NCBI GenBank assembly: GCA_965235115.1
Contig: OZ249436.1
Span: 31,498,001 to 31,562,000, forward strand
From: Laetmonice hystrix
Taxonomy: Eukaryota
DNA length: 64,000 bases
Reading direction: 5' to 3'
Shown: positions 36,467 through 64,000 of the stretch, in pieces
How the letters are laid out: each line of letters opens with the position of its first letter
Numbering within the stretch: position 1 is the first letter of the stretch
Position numbers and translations under genes: made by a program
Notes under the pieces: model-generated
The model's database searches: none
What the model was told of the DNA's origin: nothing
The model's input: only the letters and a program-made list of their open reading frames with translations

Positions 36467-39423
36467 CCCCACACTGATCGTGCGCCTATTTTCGCTAATT
36501 ATGATCCTATTTTCACAATCTTATGGTCGTTTTGGGGGTTTCAATGATGCTGAATCCATTTATGACACCTTTAAAGCGACCGGAAGTGGCTATCACCGAC
36601 TTCCGGTGTGACACGTAGTATTATGAAAATAGTTCCCATAGGATGTTTGTGGTAAAATTGATTTTTTGCTTTATTGGGTGGATTTCGGGTCAAATTATTG
36701 GAAAATAATGAAGTTAAAGTCTTCTGACGCCTCGACCCCCCCCCCCTTTGCGGGCCCTATTCGTCCTGGGGCCCCCAGCCTACCCCGGGGGGGGGGGGGG
36801 GGTGCGTGTGTGCCTGGCAATCATGATGATGGGGTTTCCCCTGCTCTTCCACTTAGACCTATTCATGAGAAATGTGCTGCCCTCAAGAGGACTCTCCACA
36901 AAAGGAGTCCAGATATGGTTGAGATCTACAATGACGTCCAGTCCTGGTATTCCGGAAATCGCAAGCCACATGAAGAATGTGAAGAAGACATCGGGGAGCT
37001 GGCTCAGTTTCTCAAGCAGTATCTCGACCAGGTGAAAAGCCAGGTTATCAAGTATTTTTTGGCACACGATCTTCTAAACTGATGCCTGATGCCAGTCCAT
37101 CTCGCTCAAATGAACGCTCCGGAACCGGATGATCCTGCTAAATGGGAAGCACTGAAGTCAGGAGACTTTGTTGTGGCAAAATCAGGGGTTCCTTTCACTC
37201 ACCTGTTCACCGACTAGACCTTGAGCAGGAGATCAAGGGATTGAAGCGTCATGGTGGGATAGTTGGACTGAGTCAACATGAAGCTGCTGTGGACCGACTT
37301 GTTACCGCTTATCTCGCTCATATAGTGAAGCAGTATACCTAAATAGCTTCCCTCAAACCTCCAAGTCGTCTAAGCAAAGGGAATACTACCAGCTCTCAGG
37401 AGATGTTGCTGTGAGGTCAAGAGCAAATGCTCTGAAGCTCCGTCAGTCCATTGAGTTGCATTGCACAGACAATCCGTTCACAGTGAAATATCCTTTGAAG
37501 AGTCTGGTTTCACCAACTCTTGTACTATACCAGAAGATGCAAAGGATGGCCTTCTGCACTTTGCAGAGAAGGGCCAGAAGCGATTTGAGGAGTTCATTCA
37601 TGACAGATTGCTGCCCACATCAACACTCTCTGTTTGGGACTCAATGAAGAAGCTCAAGCTGAAAACCTTCTCGAACTGGATGGAGAAAACCAAAGTACAC
37701 GTGGGTGACAAGGTAATCAATTGCGTGAGGAGCGTGAACTTCTCGGCCGATTTCTCATCATCCAAGGCAGCCGACCTGAGCTGATGACTAAACGGAGACT
37801 ATCGGTGAGTATGAGATGTCAGTACTACCATATTATGCTCCCTTTGTTCTGTTGATGGCTCTCTCTATATCCCGGCGGATAAGGCCAGTTTGATGCACGC
37901 AGTTGAATGATCTAAAGCTCATCCACTTCAACAATCCGTCCCTCCTGTCGATATAGCACCCACAGGTCGTCCGACCCGAGTTCTCATTGTTGACGCCATG
38001 GCTGTGCTTTAGAGCATGAAGAAAATACCTATCATGCGGAAGCTCTCGATCTGACCTTGACCTTTCAACAAGCGCATTGAGTTTATGATGGTTGGCTACA
38101 ATAATGGTGGAGTGGTCTATGACCGTTATCTGGATCAGTCGCTAAAGAACAAGCATCAGAAGAGAACAGCGACGTCCACAGAATTTGAGATCCATCCAGA
38201 AAATTAATGAAGCACCCCATGTCTCCCATGGAGCTTCTATCTGCCTCAAGGACCAAAAGTAGCCCGACATCTATGTTCGCTCAGGGGTTGCTGGAACATT
38301 TCTCAAGAGCCACCATTTTGAAGAGAATCATTCACACGAAGAGGCTGATACTGATTCCTTATCAAGTCCTGGCTTCTATAGCTGAGAGTACCGAGATATT
38401 GATGTGGAGCGAGTGCGAGTGATGTCAAGGGCTCATTAGACTCCACAATTTCTCTGGTGCTGACAGGGCGCGGGATATTTGTGGGTAGGCCTACGTATAA
38501 CCAAAAAGACTTGGGTTGGTGTCTATATGAAGATGACCCTGCCATCAACTGCTTCTGGCAGCTTGGTACAGTACATGTGTATAGGCCCTATCCTTACTGA
38601 GCTGATCAACAGTGTACTGCCACCACAAGTCAAGGGTGTGAAGCAGTTTGTCTGGCGCGTGTACTGCTCGGCAGGTCCCATAAGCCTACCAGAACTGAGG
38701 GAGCTGTTTCGCTCCAAAAACTTTGAGGGCGAGATGTTACTTCCTACTCGCAGTGGCTTACGACCTTACGACTTACACGCGCAAATTACATCGCCATGCG
38801 TGACCATACGTTACCAACTTCCCTGCTCTTCCTCCAGTGGAACAAAATGGCTGGAGCGTAGAGAAAGGGGGTTACGTTGCCATGAGGCATCTCGCCCTCC
38901 CCGCCCCCCGAGCGGTGATGGAGCTTATCAAATGTGGTTGTAAATTAGGGTACAAAGGAATACGCTTTGGTGCAAAGGTGCAAAGTTGTTCCAGGAACAG
39001 TCTTCCTTGCACTCCTCCCTGTGAATGTAATGTCGGTGATTGTGCAAATGTGATCAAGATTAATGTGCTTGGGGATGAGGTCAATGAATAATTTGTCATG
39101 TAGGATTAGTTGTGAAGCTATTCACTTGCTTGAATTGTTTTGTATGTTGTTTCCTGATCTACTCTCTGCTAGGTTGATCGATACCATGGTTACGACCCCA
39201 AACGTAACCGGAAGTTGGTGAGAACCACTTCCGGTCAAATAAAAAGTGTCATAAATCGAAAATCCATAAAACGGCCCTAAGATCGTATAATAGGTTTATT
39301 ATTAGCAAAGATTAGTTTCAGGGTCAGTCGCGGTGGGGGGTGGGGGTGGGAGCCCCAGGACGAATAGAGCCCCCCAAAGGGGGGGGGGGGTCGAGGCGTC
39401 AGAAGATTTGAACTCATCATTTT
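36467..39423 (+). mobile_element. Decayed DNA transposon with long inverted subterminal repeats
   Basis: 36705-36790 is inverted at about 39340-39423 (TCTTCTGACGCCTCGACCCCC..TATTCGTCCTGGGGC); 36467-36612 is inverted at about 39203-39340 (GACCGGAAGTGG..ACTTCCGG); encloses transposase-like fragments. Confidence 0.75.
36810..39091 (+). pseudogene. Frameshifted transposase-like gene with PIN/NYN-like nuclease motifs and C-terminal CXC (tesmin/TSO1-like) Cys cluster
   Basis: Fragments across frames: GDFVVAKSGVPFTHLFTD / LEQEIKGLKRHGGIVGLS; KKLKLKTFS; LIVDAMAVL; VYDRYLDQSLK; HSHEEADT; NGW..APRAVMELIKCGCK..CSRNSLPCTPPCEC..CAN; many stops and frameshifts. Confidence 0.75.
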
Positions 39424-40415
39424 GGTTTAAAGTCCCTCGTAAAATAGGCTAATTATTAGGCACCACTGAAAATATTGGAAGGGGCTTAACCACCACCCCC
39501 AGCCCTCCCCCCCCCCCTTCTGAGATTACGGCCCTGAGCATAGCCAAGTCAGTGGCGTGTTTCAATAGCAGGGGGCACTCAACCCGTGGTCAGTACTATG
39601 GGGTTCACTAGCCGTAGTCAGTTCAACGCTTCGCTGCTGGCTGTCTGGTGACGGAAAGGAGGGGGCAGATGCTAGTCCGAACCCCCCCCCCCCCCTCCCT
39701 AAACGGGCAGATGTCCACTTTTCAAAAGGTCCAATCCCGCCCCCCCCCCACGATCCACCCCGTTTAAGGTCCTGGCTACGGGCTTATTTTAAAAAATCCT
39801 ATCCCCCCCCCCCCCCCCCCAGCCCAAAGTATCTGATCTCGACCTAAAAAACTATAGATGTTAAGATATTCAGATGGTTAAATGGTACTTCTTCAAATGG
39901 CACGTTGCTTTGGTATAACACGAGGAGCAGGACCATCGATGGTTGAGACAGGTGTCTTCCAGACCGTAATCGTACCAGCAGAGCGCTCTGGCGACTAACA
40001 GGAAAGTCAGATCAATTCTTGCGACGACTCCCTTCATTTTTACCCAAGAACATCTCGAGGACGACCGCGCGATCTACTCTCAGGGCAAGGAAAGGGCGTG
40101 GGACTGCTAACTAAACAAGATTCCGTAGCACTAATCAATACTATTTTTTGCCCGGATGCTTGGCACATGCGTCGAATACATCGAGTAAAGTATATACGTA
40201 TGCCAGTCCTGCTACATACTGCAGTAAGTGTATTGGGAATTTGTACATCGCATACCCCTATACCTAACACTTTACCCATTACATGTCTGCATGTAGTTGA
40301 AGCAATGGCTTCCCTCTCCCTACATAACGATTTCAGGACAAACAAATCATTAGTAAGAGTTTACTACTTTTAAACGGATAAACAAACTACTTTTTTGTCT
40401 GTATTCCTTTTAACT

Positions 40416-40450
40416 TTATTTGCTTGTGAAAGTTTCGCTACATTTTTATT
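40416..40450 (-). other. Candidate polyadenylation signals of the DDX5-like gene
   Basis: Two TTTATT (AATAAA on the minus strand) about 0.8 kb after the stop codon. Confidence 0.5.
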
Positions 40451-41218
40451 CGTACGACTATAAAAGACACAAAAATAAGGATACAAACTACTTGGCGTTT
40501 TGTTCTGCCAAACCTTATTAATCGGAAGAACCAAAGCATGGTAAACCAGCAGTTACAATCGACTCTCAATGATTCCGAGAACCCCCGGCAATTTACCACA
40601 CACCAAGTAGTTTGAGTCCAATGACAATAAATAAAATAACATGGTCCTCATGGTTATATCGTTCTCAACATTTTTATACTGATTCCTTGGAATATTCTCG
40701 GCTTCGGTTTCTCTCATCGGTTACACAAGTTCCTTATCGCCTGTCTGCAACATTCACTGAGACTCGTTACTATGCCTATATAGGAATTAGAAGGTGTGAT
40801 AAGTTCCACACTATACATCCCACCGTGCGGCATCCACAGTCTGCCCAAACTTGTCAACAGTCTTTCCAACACTTTCGAAAAAATTTCTCGCGCAATGAAC
40901 ACAATTTTCATCCCCTGACTTAGTTTCTACAAGAACACTGAAACGTAGCAAAAAGATTACCAGACCCTTTCACCCAAATATTACTTACCACGACGACTGA
41001 TACTATATTCGCAGGGGAACACTTTTTTTTCAATCTGTGGACGCCACATTACATCCAAAGTGGGGTACATGTGGCTAGCTAACATGTACTGGCAGATCTC
41101 ACGTTACATTAGGATGACGCACTTTCCTGTAAGTCTGCTAGCGAAAACAAACAACAATAACAATCAAATCTCGACACTTAGATGTCAGAACTATAACTAC
41201 TAATAATTTTGGATAACC

Positions 41219-56311
<15,093 letters not shown>

Positions 56312-56399
56312 ATTAACAGTGTATACGTTGCAGTAAGACTTAAGGAACTTGTGTAGCCGATAAATGTGTTTCTTCAGTTAAGGAATACAGTATAAAACA

Positions 56400-56810
56400 A
56401 AATTTCACGCCGACACAGGGAAACGTTTCCCCGCTGTATGTTACAAGATGGCGTTAGAGAACGAGTCCTTGCACACCCCTCATATATCAATGCGCCGAAC
56501 TGTTTATGAAATCAGTCTGGTATTTATCTTGGTCAAATGTAAATAAAACCTTCCTTTTATACTAAATAAAACATACTGAACTTTCGTCTAATATGAGAAC
56601 TGTAATTGATTATCCTTAACTAATATAGTCAGCTGAGGTTTGCATTGGTACTATTTCTTATAGGGCGTAGATGCGTTGGGTGTTGTACAGCATATCCGGT
56701 TGATGCGCGTTGGCCGCGTTTATCATGTGGTGACCTCGTGTTGGACTTGGAGTGGAACGTGCGTCATCGTCATCACGGATGTTGAACAGGAGGTACAGAA
56801 GGAAGAGGTA
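56400..56810. promoter_or_regulatory. Probable divergent promoter region between the DDX5-like gene and EXOSC5
   Basis: YY1-type CAAGATGGCG at 56443-56452, TATA-like GATATATGA on the minus strand near 56480-56488, AT-rich spacer, then a CpG-rich plus-strand segment ending in donor-like GAG|GTATAT (56807/56808). Confidence 0.5.
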
Positions 56811-57892
56811 TATTATTGATTGGTCAAAGTTAACTACCAAGTCTGTGAAGTTCACTTGGCTTAGATGTTATTGTTAATGTAATAACGTTACAGTAAAAAA
56901 GGATAAATATGGGGGGAGGGCAGTTCATCTCCAACGTATCTAGTCCCACTCCCACTCCCAGTGTGACCAGTCTGACTCTGACCCCCCCCCCCCCCCAATC
57001 TATTGTTTGCACATTACATTACAGACTCGTATAGTCATAGATGTAGATTATAGTACTTAGTAGGTCTATGATTACAGCAGCAGACCTGCCAAGTCCCTCG
57101 GTTTTTAACCTGATCCCCACCCCCTGGCCCTGGTATGTCACAATTTTCTCATGGTAAATTGAAAACTCATGTAATGATGTAGGCCCCCTAATGGCCCTAT
57201 GACTATGTGTAGGCTATGTACACAATTATGTACACAAAACACAAGAAAAAAGATAAATAAATATGTTTGGTCTGAAAGTTTGGACAATTTTAAGTCTAAA
57301 ATATAAAGAAAAAAATAATTTTGATGCAATGCAGAACACTAAAAAAGGATGGATAAGGGCACACTTTTTTTATTGTTTGGTTTATGGGCCTGCCGACATG
57401 GGAAAATGCAAAAGTAGAAAAAAAATAAAATTGGAAATATCACTTTTTTATTCCCTACAAACTTTCCGATGTGCCAGTCAGAACACAGAAAAAAAAAATC
57501 GACATTTTTTTAAATCCTGCCCACATCAGCTTGTGTAAATATTGGCATGTTAGACTTTACTTACTTTTACTTTTTACAAATTGGAACAAAATCTGTTTCC
57601 AGCTCATCCGACATTCCCTGGTTGTTTGGCAGGTCTGCAGCAGACCCCCCCAAGTGACCCGCAGGCACCAAAATCCGCTGACCCGCGAGGTCGAGGACAG
57701 CCATAGTACCCACATGAATGATAGCCCTAAATCTAGGCCTAGCGTTTTAGGCCTAGATTTATCATTCAGGTGGGACCTGTCCTTCCTAACTTTGTGTCGT
57801 TTGTTGACATCCATGGTTGAGGATAGTCTCTAAGTCTGCGGCTTGATCACGCGTCTCAGCCACAACATCACAAGCCCCCACATCATGAATTA

Positions 57893-58003
57893 TAGTCCAT
57901 TCGCCCCAGGTCGGTTTCGACCCAGGTCGGTTTCAACCCACAACCTAGTCAATTCGCCCCACCCCTAGTTGTTTCGCCCCACACTTGAAGTCGTTTCGCT
58001 CCA
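57893..58003. repeat. Short degenerate tandem repeats (GTCGTTTCGCCCCA-like), TE subterminal type
   Basis: About 6 copies of GTC(C/G/A)..TTCG(C/A)CCC. Confidence 0.6.
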
Positions 58004-58437
58004 CTCGATGATCTCGTAGTTCATTTGCCTCAACCTCTCAGAAGTTCGTTCACCACGGCATACTGGAGCTTTTATAGTTAGTTATTACAAGGGTTATAGG
58101 CAGGCAAGTTAAACTCTCACCGGGACGGGGAGGGAAGGGAAGGAGCGGGCCGGGCCGGGACGTCCCAGCACCCGTTCGAAGGGTTGGGCGTCAGGGCGAA
58201 AGCGGGGCCTGGATTGGTCCGGTGGAGTGGGGCAGGGGCAGGCCGGTTGTCTGCGGGTGGGTGGCTGCAATAAATATATAAATATAAACAATAAATATAT
58301 TAATTTACATTAAAAAATAATACTTCCTACTAAAGCTGACATGGAGTTCTACAAAACTGTAATGTGACTGTACAGTGAGCAAGGGATATTTTGAATATAT
58401 TTTTTTCTATGTCTACTTATTCAGTTCATGAAAAGGA

Positions 58438-59118
58438 ATGAAGATGCCGATGACCATGATTGATGATCCAAATACAGCATCAACTCAGCTTAGACCGTTG
58501 TCCAGTGAGATGAGCTTACTGAGTCGTCCGGATGGATCTGCTCAGTTCAACCATGGTGACACATCTGTGCTAGCTGCCGTATATGGGCCTGCAGAAGTCA
58601 AGATCAGCAAGGAGAAACTAGATGGAGCCACGGTAGAGATTGTCTACAAACCCAAAGTTGGCCTCCCTGGGTGTGCAGACAGAGTGAAGGAGAAACTAAT
58701 CTGTGATACATGCGAAGCGGCCATCTTGGCCAGCCTCCACCCCCGGACAGCCATCTTGGTGGTGGTACAACAGATGCAAGACTCTGGTGCATTTGTTGCT
58801 TGTGCCATCAATGCTGCTTGTTTGTCCCTACTTGATGCAGCACTACCATTACGGTACACATTTGCAGCAGTTGCCTGTGTCATAGACTCCGAAGGAGAAA
58901 TTATTGTGGATCCAACACTTAAGCAGGAAGCTGAATCCACTGCAAACATGACATTTGTTTTTGAGAGTAACAGCCAGGGTGTTGTAACAGCACTATGTGA
59001 GGGAAGTTATAGTAGTGAACAGTACCAGAAGTGCCTGGTGCATTGTAAACGCACAGCCACACAAATATGGGACTTCTATAGAGCTGCTGTAAAACGCAAG
59101 GTGTTGAAAGCCACTTGA
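58438..59118 (+). CDS. EXOSC5: Exosome complex component RRP46 (RNase PH-like core subunit), single coding exon, 226 aa
   Basis: LRPLSSEMSLLSRPDGSAQF.HGDTSVLAAVYGPAEVK..ATVEIVYKPKVG..HPRTAI..QDSG..ACAINAACLSLLDA..DPT.KQE; acceptor TTATTCAG just upstream (58424); AATAAA at about 59328. Confidence 0.93.
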   Translation: MKMPMTMIDDPNTASTQLRPLSSEMSLLSRPDGSAQFNHGDTSVLAAVYGPAEVKISKEKLDGATVEIVYKPKVGLPGCADRVKEKLICDTCEAAILASLHPRTAILVVVQQMQDSGAFVACAINAACLSLLDAALPLRYTFAAVACVIDSEGEIIVDPTLKQEAESTANMTFVFESNSQGVVTALCEGSYSSEQYQKCLVHCKRTATQIWDFYRAAVKRKVLKAT

Positions 59119-60123
59119 CCAAACTAGAATCAAGTCACATTTAAAGTGTGGTCTCCCAAGGGCTATTCGTAGTATGCATAATCGAGTATCAAAAGGTCTC
59201 ATTTTTATTATTGGTCAGCGAGGTATACATGTATCCTCTGATGTATGGTGAAAGAAGGCATGGTTTGGTAGAATTAAATATTGTCATCTGTTATCAACTA
59301 CACTCCATACCACCTGTGTACATGCTTAATAAAACTCATCCATTATCTGATGCTTGTCTTTAGTTGTTCTAGTTGGAGCAAAATGTCCGGCATGTCCAAC
59401 CTTCTCCAAACCAAACTCTCAATTGACCTGAATGCACCAAACCACATCTTGCATGTTCTCGAGTCTCGCGAGATCTGCTGGTAGAATCTATCAGGCATGT
59501 TGGCGAGGTATAATGAAATCTCCACAATACCAAGCCAAGTACAAAAATGTAGTATTGGGCAGTAAATTTTTAGGAGAATTTTGGTCTATTTACAGTTGCA
59601 GCCTTTTATATTTAACGGTTTGGGCGAGTTGCCATTTCCTTCCACATGTATCAGAAATTACAAAAGAGGTTCTTAGGAAGTCATCTTTGTCTTTATTGTT
59701 TCATTCCAGAGAGCTTTATTCCTGGATTACATTACACAATTGAAAATCTTCCTTGAGACGAGACCCATCATTTCTTTAAAACCTAGTTGAACATTGTTAA
59801 GTATCGACAAATGGAACCACACCTGTCTGGTGCACAATTCCAGAACTTGTGGGTGGTCATCAGACCAGTAAATGTAAATATACGCGAAGGCACCATATAG
59901 ACCTAACACTGAAGGCTTGCTCAAAGGCAAGAGACAAACTTTGGCTTGCTGGTTTACAAACATTAATACAAATCACACACTTGGGTGATGTACATGCACA
60001 AAACTGTACAAGACAATGAACAATTTAGCACATGAACTGTATGTACATGGAAGGCGTTGAACCTTTAGCCACAATTAAACTGGGCAGGTCTTAAAATTTT
60101 AGAATGAAGGAGGGCATCAAATG

Positions 60124-60329
60124 CTGTATAACAAGTGATTTTAGCGAGGTATTTAATTAAGCAATTTTGCCATTTTCCCTAACAATAATAGTTGCCGCTA
60201 AATTTCGAACATAAAGCCTTCCATACTAGCGCCATTGCAACGCGGTGCCAGGTGTCTCTCTCAAACTGTTAAATTTTTACCCGCTAAAATTCTCTAAATT
60301 TTATACCCGCTAAATTAAACTGTTATACA
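60124..60329. mobile_element. Tc1/mariner-like MITE
   Basis: CTGTATAACA..TTTAGCG / CGCTAAA..TGTTATACAG followed by TA; internal CCGCTAAA repeats. Confidence 0.6.
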
Positions 60330-61911
60330 GTAGTTGTGCCCATATACCATTTCTAGAACAGTCCCTCACGTTCACCAACATTCAGTCGTCAACACAATCT
60401 TATCCCATTTGCTATGCGTTGTTAAGTGAAACTCCTCAATGACTGGGTTGTATTCAGAAAGACCTGGTACGGCGACCACGGTGCATTTCTACTTGAGGCA
60501 GCCCAACTAGGCTGGGAGAAATACAAAGCTTATTCGTTCATTATATAACGGTCAGAATGAAGAAAAGAACTTTGCTTCAAATTGATGCTACTCCACCTTA
60601 TCCAGAAACGATGGGGGGAGTGTTGCGTTTTCAGTCCCCACTGAATATGCCATCTCTTCATGTTCGGCAGCCAGAAACTGGTACCTGGCTGCCCTCAGAC
60701 GAAGTTCTTGCAAAGAAATGGAATTTTCGGCCCATTATGGAAAAGAGTTTTAGTATACAAGGATGTAATGACCATAGAGTTTGCACAATGCTGAATGAGC
60801 ACATCAAGGGTGCATTTCACTATTCGCGATAAGCTTCTCATGTTGATAAAATTGTGTCATTTAACACAGTCCAATGGTTGAGAAAGACATCATCGAGTTG
60901 AAAATTTAACTTATTGATGCGGCTTTTACCATAGAAACGTTTCATGGGGTGTTTTGTATATTAAATTACCATTTACATTCACTGAACACACAATACATCT
61001 ACTGAAAATAGATATACAAATAGAAATGCGCCCTGTAGCACATAGCGAAATAGTCCTTGGCCTACAGACAGTGGAGAAACAAAATCACTCAGATACGATG
61101 TAACATTATCAGCACCATATTTGTCATCAAGTTGTTAACATCAATGCAAGTGTGCATTGCAGTTTGTATTTTTGATAGAGGTGACGTTTTTCCCTAGCAA
61201 AATTGAACAAACCGAAAACTTGACTTTATTATGATGTGAAACTTCACGAAGTGTCACCTGACTGGCTCCTTAGAAATATACTTAACATTTACATGACCAA
61301 AATTCAAAAATTATCTTGTTGGTCCCTTTTCTTCGATATTTTTTCATATTTCCGTTAGATCCGTTAATACTGACAGTGAGCTGCAGCAATGAAATCTAAT
61401 GCTCTACCTTGCCAGTCGTAGTTCAAAATGTTACAAAACATGCTGGTATTTACGTTAATAATCCAGCTAGCAAAGAACGTTTACAAGACCTTTCAATGTA
61501 TGAATACAACGTTTTAGCTAGTTCATAGCGCACACTTATGACTGGTTGAGAGGTCCTCGTTCCATCTAGGTGCTGTCAGGAGATCAGAAACCACTCTGAC
61601 GTCATACACATTAGTTTCCCACGGCATCATACGACCACAGTGATGCCGTTGCCTGAACACTGTGTATTGTGACGTTTTATCGGGGTCAAAATTAACACTA
61701 CGGCTGATCATCGCGGTCTGTTTAAATGATCAGAAGTAGAAAGGTGTCTTATTTACAACAGCACTAATCACATTTCAACCTGTCCACTCCATGAGTGTCC
61801 TACAACTAAAAACATTAAAAATATTATCAAACCACTTTGTTCCTTTCCCAAACAGGTAGAAATTTAATTAGTCATGTTCCGACAGCTTTCCCAATTATCC
61901 ATGTATACATT

Positions 61912-62027
61912 GTCTAGGTTTCACACTGACGTTTCACATACCAACAGCACCAACACCTTGTTGGAAAGTCTAGGTTTCACACTGACGTTTCACATACCAA
62001 CAGCACCAACACCTTGTTGGAAAGTCT
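61912..62027. repeat. Perfect 56-bp tandem duplication
   Basis: GTCTAGGTTTCACACTGACGTTTCACATACCAACAGCACCAACACCTTGTTGGAAA twice, then GTCT. Confidence 0.95.
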
Positions 62028-64000
62028 CTTAAAACAGTATTTCAAGGAACAGACTTATATAAATCCCAGGTGTATTTTGGGCCGTCAATTAAGCATCGTC
62101 CACTGCACATGTGAATTACAATGTATATATACAAATATTATCCAAAGAGAAAACTGCTATGAAATACAATACTAACATGTACAGCTGCTATCATTTGGAA
62201 TTCTGTGTGATCTGAAACAATGTCTACGGATTGCTTCCCTTGAAACCTCAAGAATACACTTCCTCATGTGGGCACTAATGATTTAAATTCAATTGGCGCT
62301 GCGGGATTTCATGCAGTGCAAGTGTAAATCGGAAGACCTGCATTTCGGCATCGCAGTCTACCGTAATGGTTTACGTTAACATGCAATGAATGACCAGTTC
62401 AGTAAACCGTTGTCTCCGCCATTGTTTTTGAGGATAAACAGTTGCGTGAACTGACGGGTGAGATCGGGGAGCAGTCGCCACTACCACAAAACGTACGGCT
62501 AGAATGGAGAAACACTGAGGTGGAGGGCCTGGCAGGAGGGGAGATTTTCTGCACCTTATATACCGTAGCTTAGCAACTCAACAACAACAGGGATGTCACG
62601 GACACTGACGCAAAACGTACACATGTCTATAATTAGACTGCCTACTATAAAACCACTCTGTCTGGATCGGTAACGATCAACTTGAATAGTTTCTGTATAA
62701 GAATTGTTCTTCTGACGTTAGAGGTCAGGGTGGCTTGGTGCAATAACTCTTGTAAATTTAGACATAGTAAAATATTTGTTCTCAAGAAATAATTTCGATG
62801 CTTTGTACATTCTACAAAAGAGCAGATATCTGCTATACTATATCATGTATATAATATAATCTTTTGTGGAAACTGGTGATAAAGAATGCAGTCTTTTATA
62901 AATCGATACCTTTTAAGTTTTAATAAAAAACGACGCGTATAACCCACAGATAGAAAGACCTTAACCTGCGTTTTATGGGCTAATGGCCAAATCAACCAAC
63001 GACAATCCATATAGTATCTCTTTGAACAGGAATCTTTATAAAGGTTATCACAGAATAGATTCCAACTTCTTTTAATGAGCGGTACATATGAGGAAGTCTA
63101 TTACTAAACTTGAACTAATGTTAAAATAATTTCCTCAAACTTCTGTCTACGATTCTCACAAGATTCTTAACATATTCATGTACATACCTAGATTATGGGG
63201 GCTTAGCATGATAAATCCCAAATCTTGTTCTGTTCTTAAATTCCATTATTTTTTCATTAAAATCTTAACAAATAAGCAACACTTAAAGGGGGAAACAGAG
63301 TGGCAGAAATGCACGGTGTTGGCCAAATTTGTTATTACAAAAACTAGAAAATAAATAGGGTAATTGAAAAAAAATATATAAAACTTGTCTGCGTTTAGAC
63401 TACCTTTTCATTTTTTTGTGAATGGTAAGATACTACACGTAGAACGACCACTCCTGCTGGCAGATCTGTGTGCCAGGGTTCAATACTGATGAAAAACAAC
63501 AACTAAGTGAAAGCTGAGCCTGCTGACTGTTGTTTCGTATGGCACAAAGCTCCAATGGTATTCTGCCACCTTTCAGATCATCTGGCCGGCTCAAATATCA
63601 GAAAATTACTCTACTATAGGTTAGCCTTGATGATGATCAGCCTAACAAAGGTTATCACATATAACTGCTGTAGTGTCGAAAATCTCCATGAAACTTACCA
63701 CTGGATTACATAACTAACTCACCTCACGTACATCAGAAAAATTGTCTATTGGTAAACTCCTACCTATGTAACAGTTTAGTTCTGGGAAAATATTATGTCA
63801 GGTCTTCCATAATTATCGTTTCTTTTTAGACCCAGCAAACCACATTCTTTAATCTCTTATAGATTCATCAATTCATTTTGGTACAAACATATGCGTCTCT
63901 GACACAAGCGTGAAGATCTGTACCTAATGCTAAGTGTACCGAAACCCCACGATACAGCCAAAGTACATTTTCTTCTTTGATTACATAATATCTATATTAC

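Noticed and set aside
58130..58265. G-rich GC tract upstream of EXOSC5 as an ncRNA
   Set aside because: Low-complexity and adjacent to TE-type repeats; no identifiable RNA family
63470..63546. Hairpin closed by GTGCCA/TGGCAC containing CTGATGA and GAAA (hammerhead or SECIS candidate)
   Set aside because: No stem II or III in hammerhead register; the 3' GA of the SECIS quartet is absent
62398..63765. Possible minus-strand exons of a further gene (e.g. RSLPIDNFSDVRE with GTGAG donor; ENLPPARPST..AETTVY*)
   Set aside because: Phases could not be joined consistently and no family was recognised; cannot be excluded

Overview
Eukaryotic (invertebrate animal, spliceosomal GT-AG introns) genomic DNA. 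The right third holds a complete 12-exon DDX5/DDX17 (p68/Dbp2) DEAD-box helicase gene on the minus strand (CDS 41219-56311, about 771 aa), head-to-head with an EXOSC5/Rrp46 exosome gene whose CDS has no introns (58438-59118). The left two thirds are mostly transposon-derived. They include a 5'-truncated CR1/L2-group LINE (about 15036-19803) with an intact 1003-aa APE-RT ORF2, inserted into a 66-bp minisatellite; many non-autonomous DNA elements with readable TIRs and TSDs (hAT-like with 5- and 6-bp TSDs, Harbinger-like with TTA, Mutator-like with 9 bp); and a decayed PIN-like/CXC transposase. The strongest candidate for an undescribed system is the LINE: its ORF1 remnant ends in a NADAR (YbiA-like) domain, followed by a 1.07-kb spacer before the RT ORF. 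Also notable are the large DDX5 intron after motif V and a hidden stop-containing alternative exon. All calls were made by eye and no searches were run.
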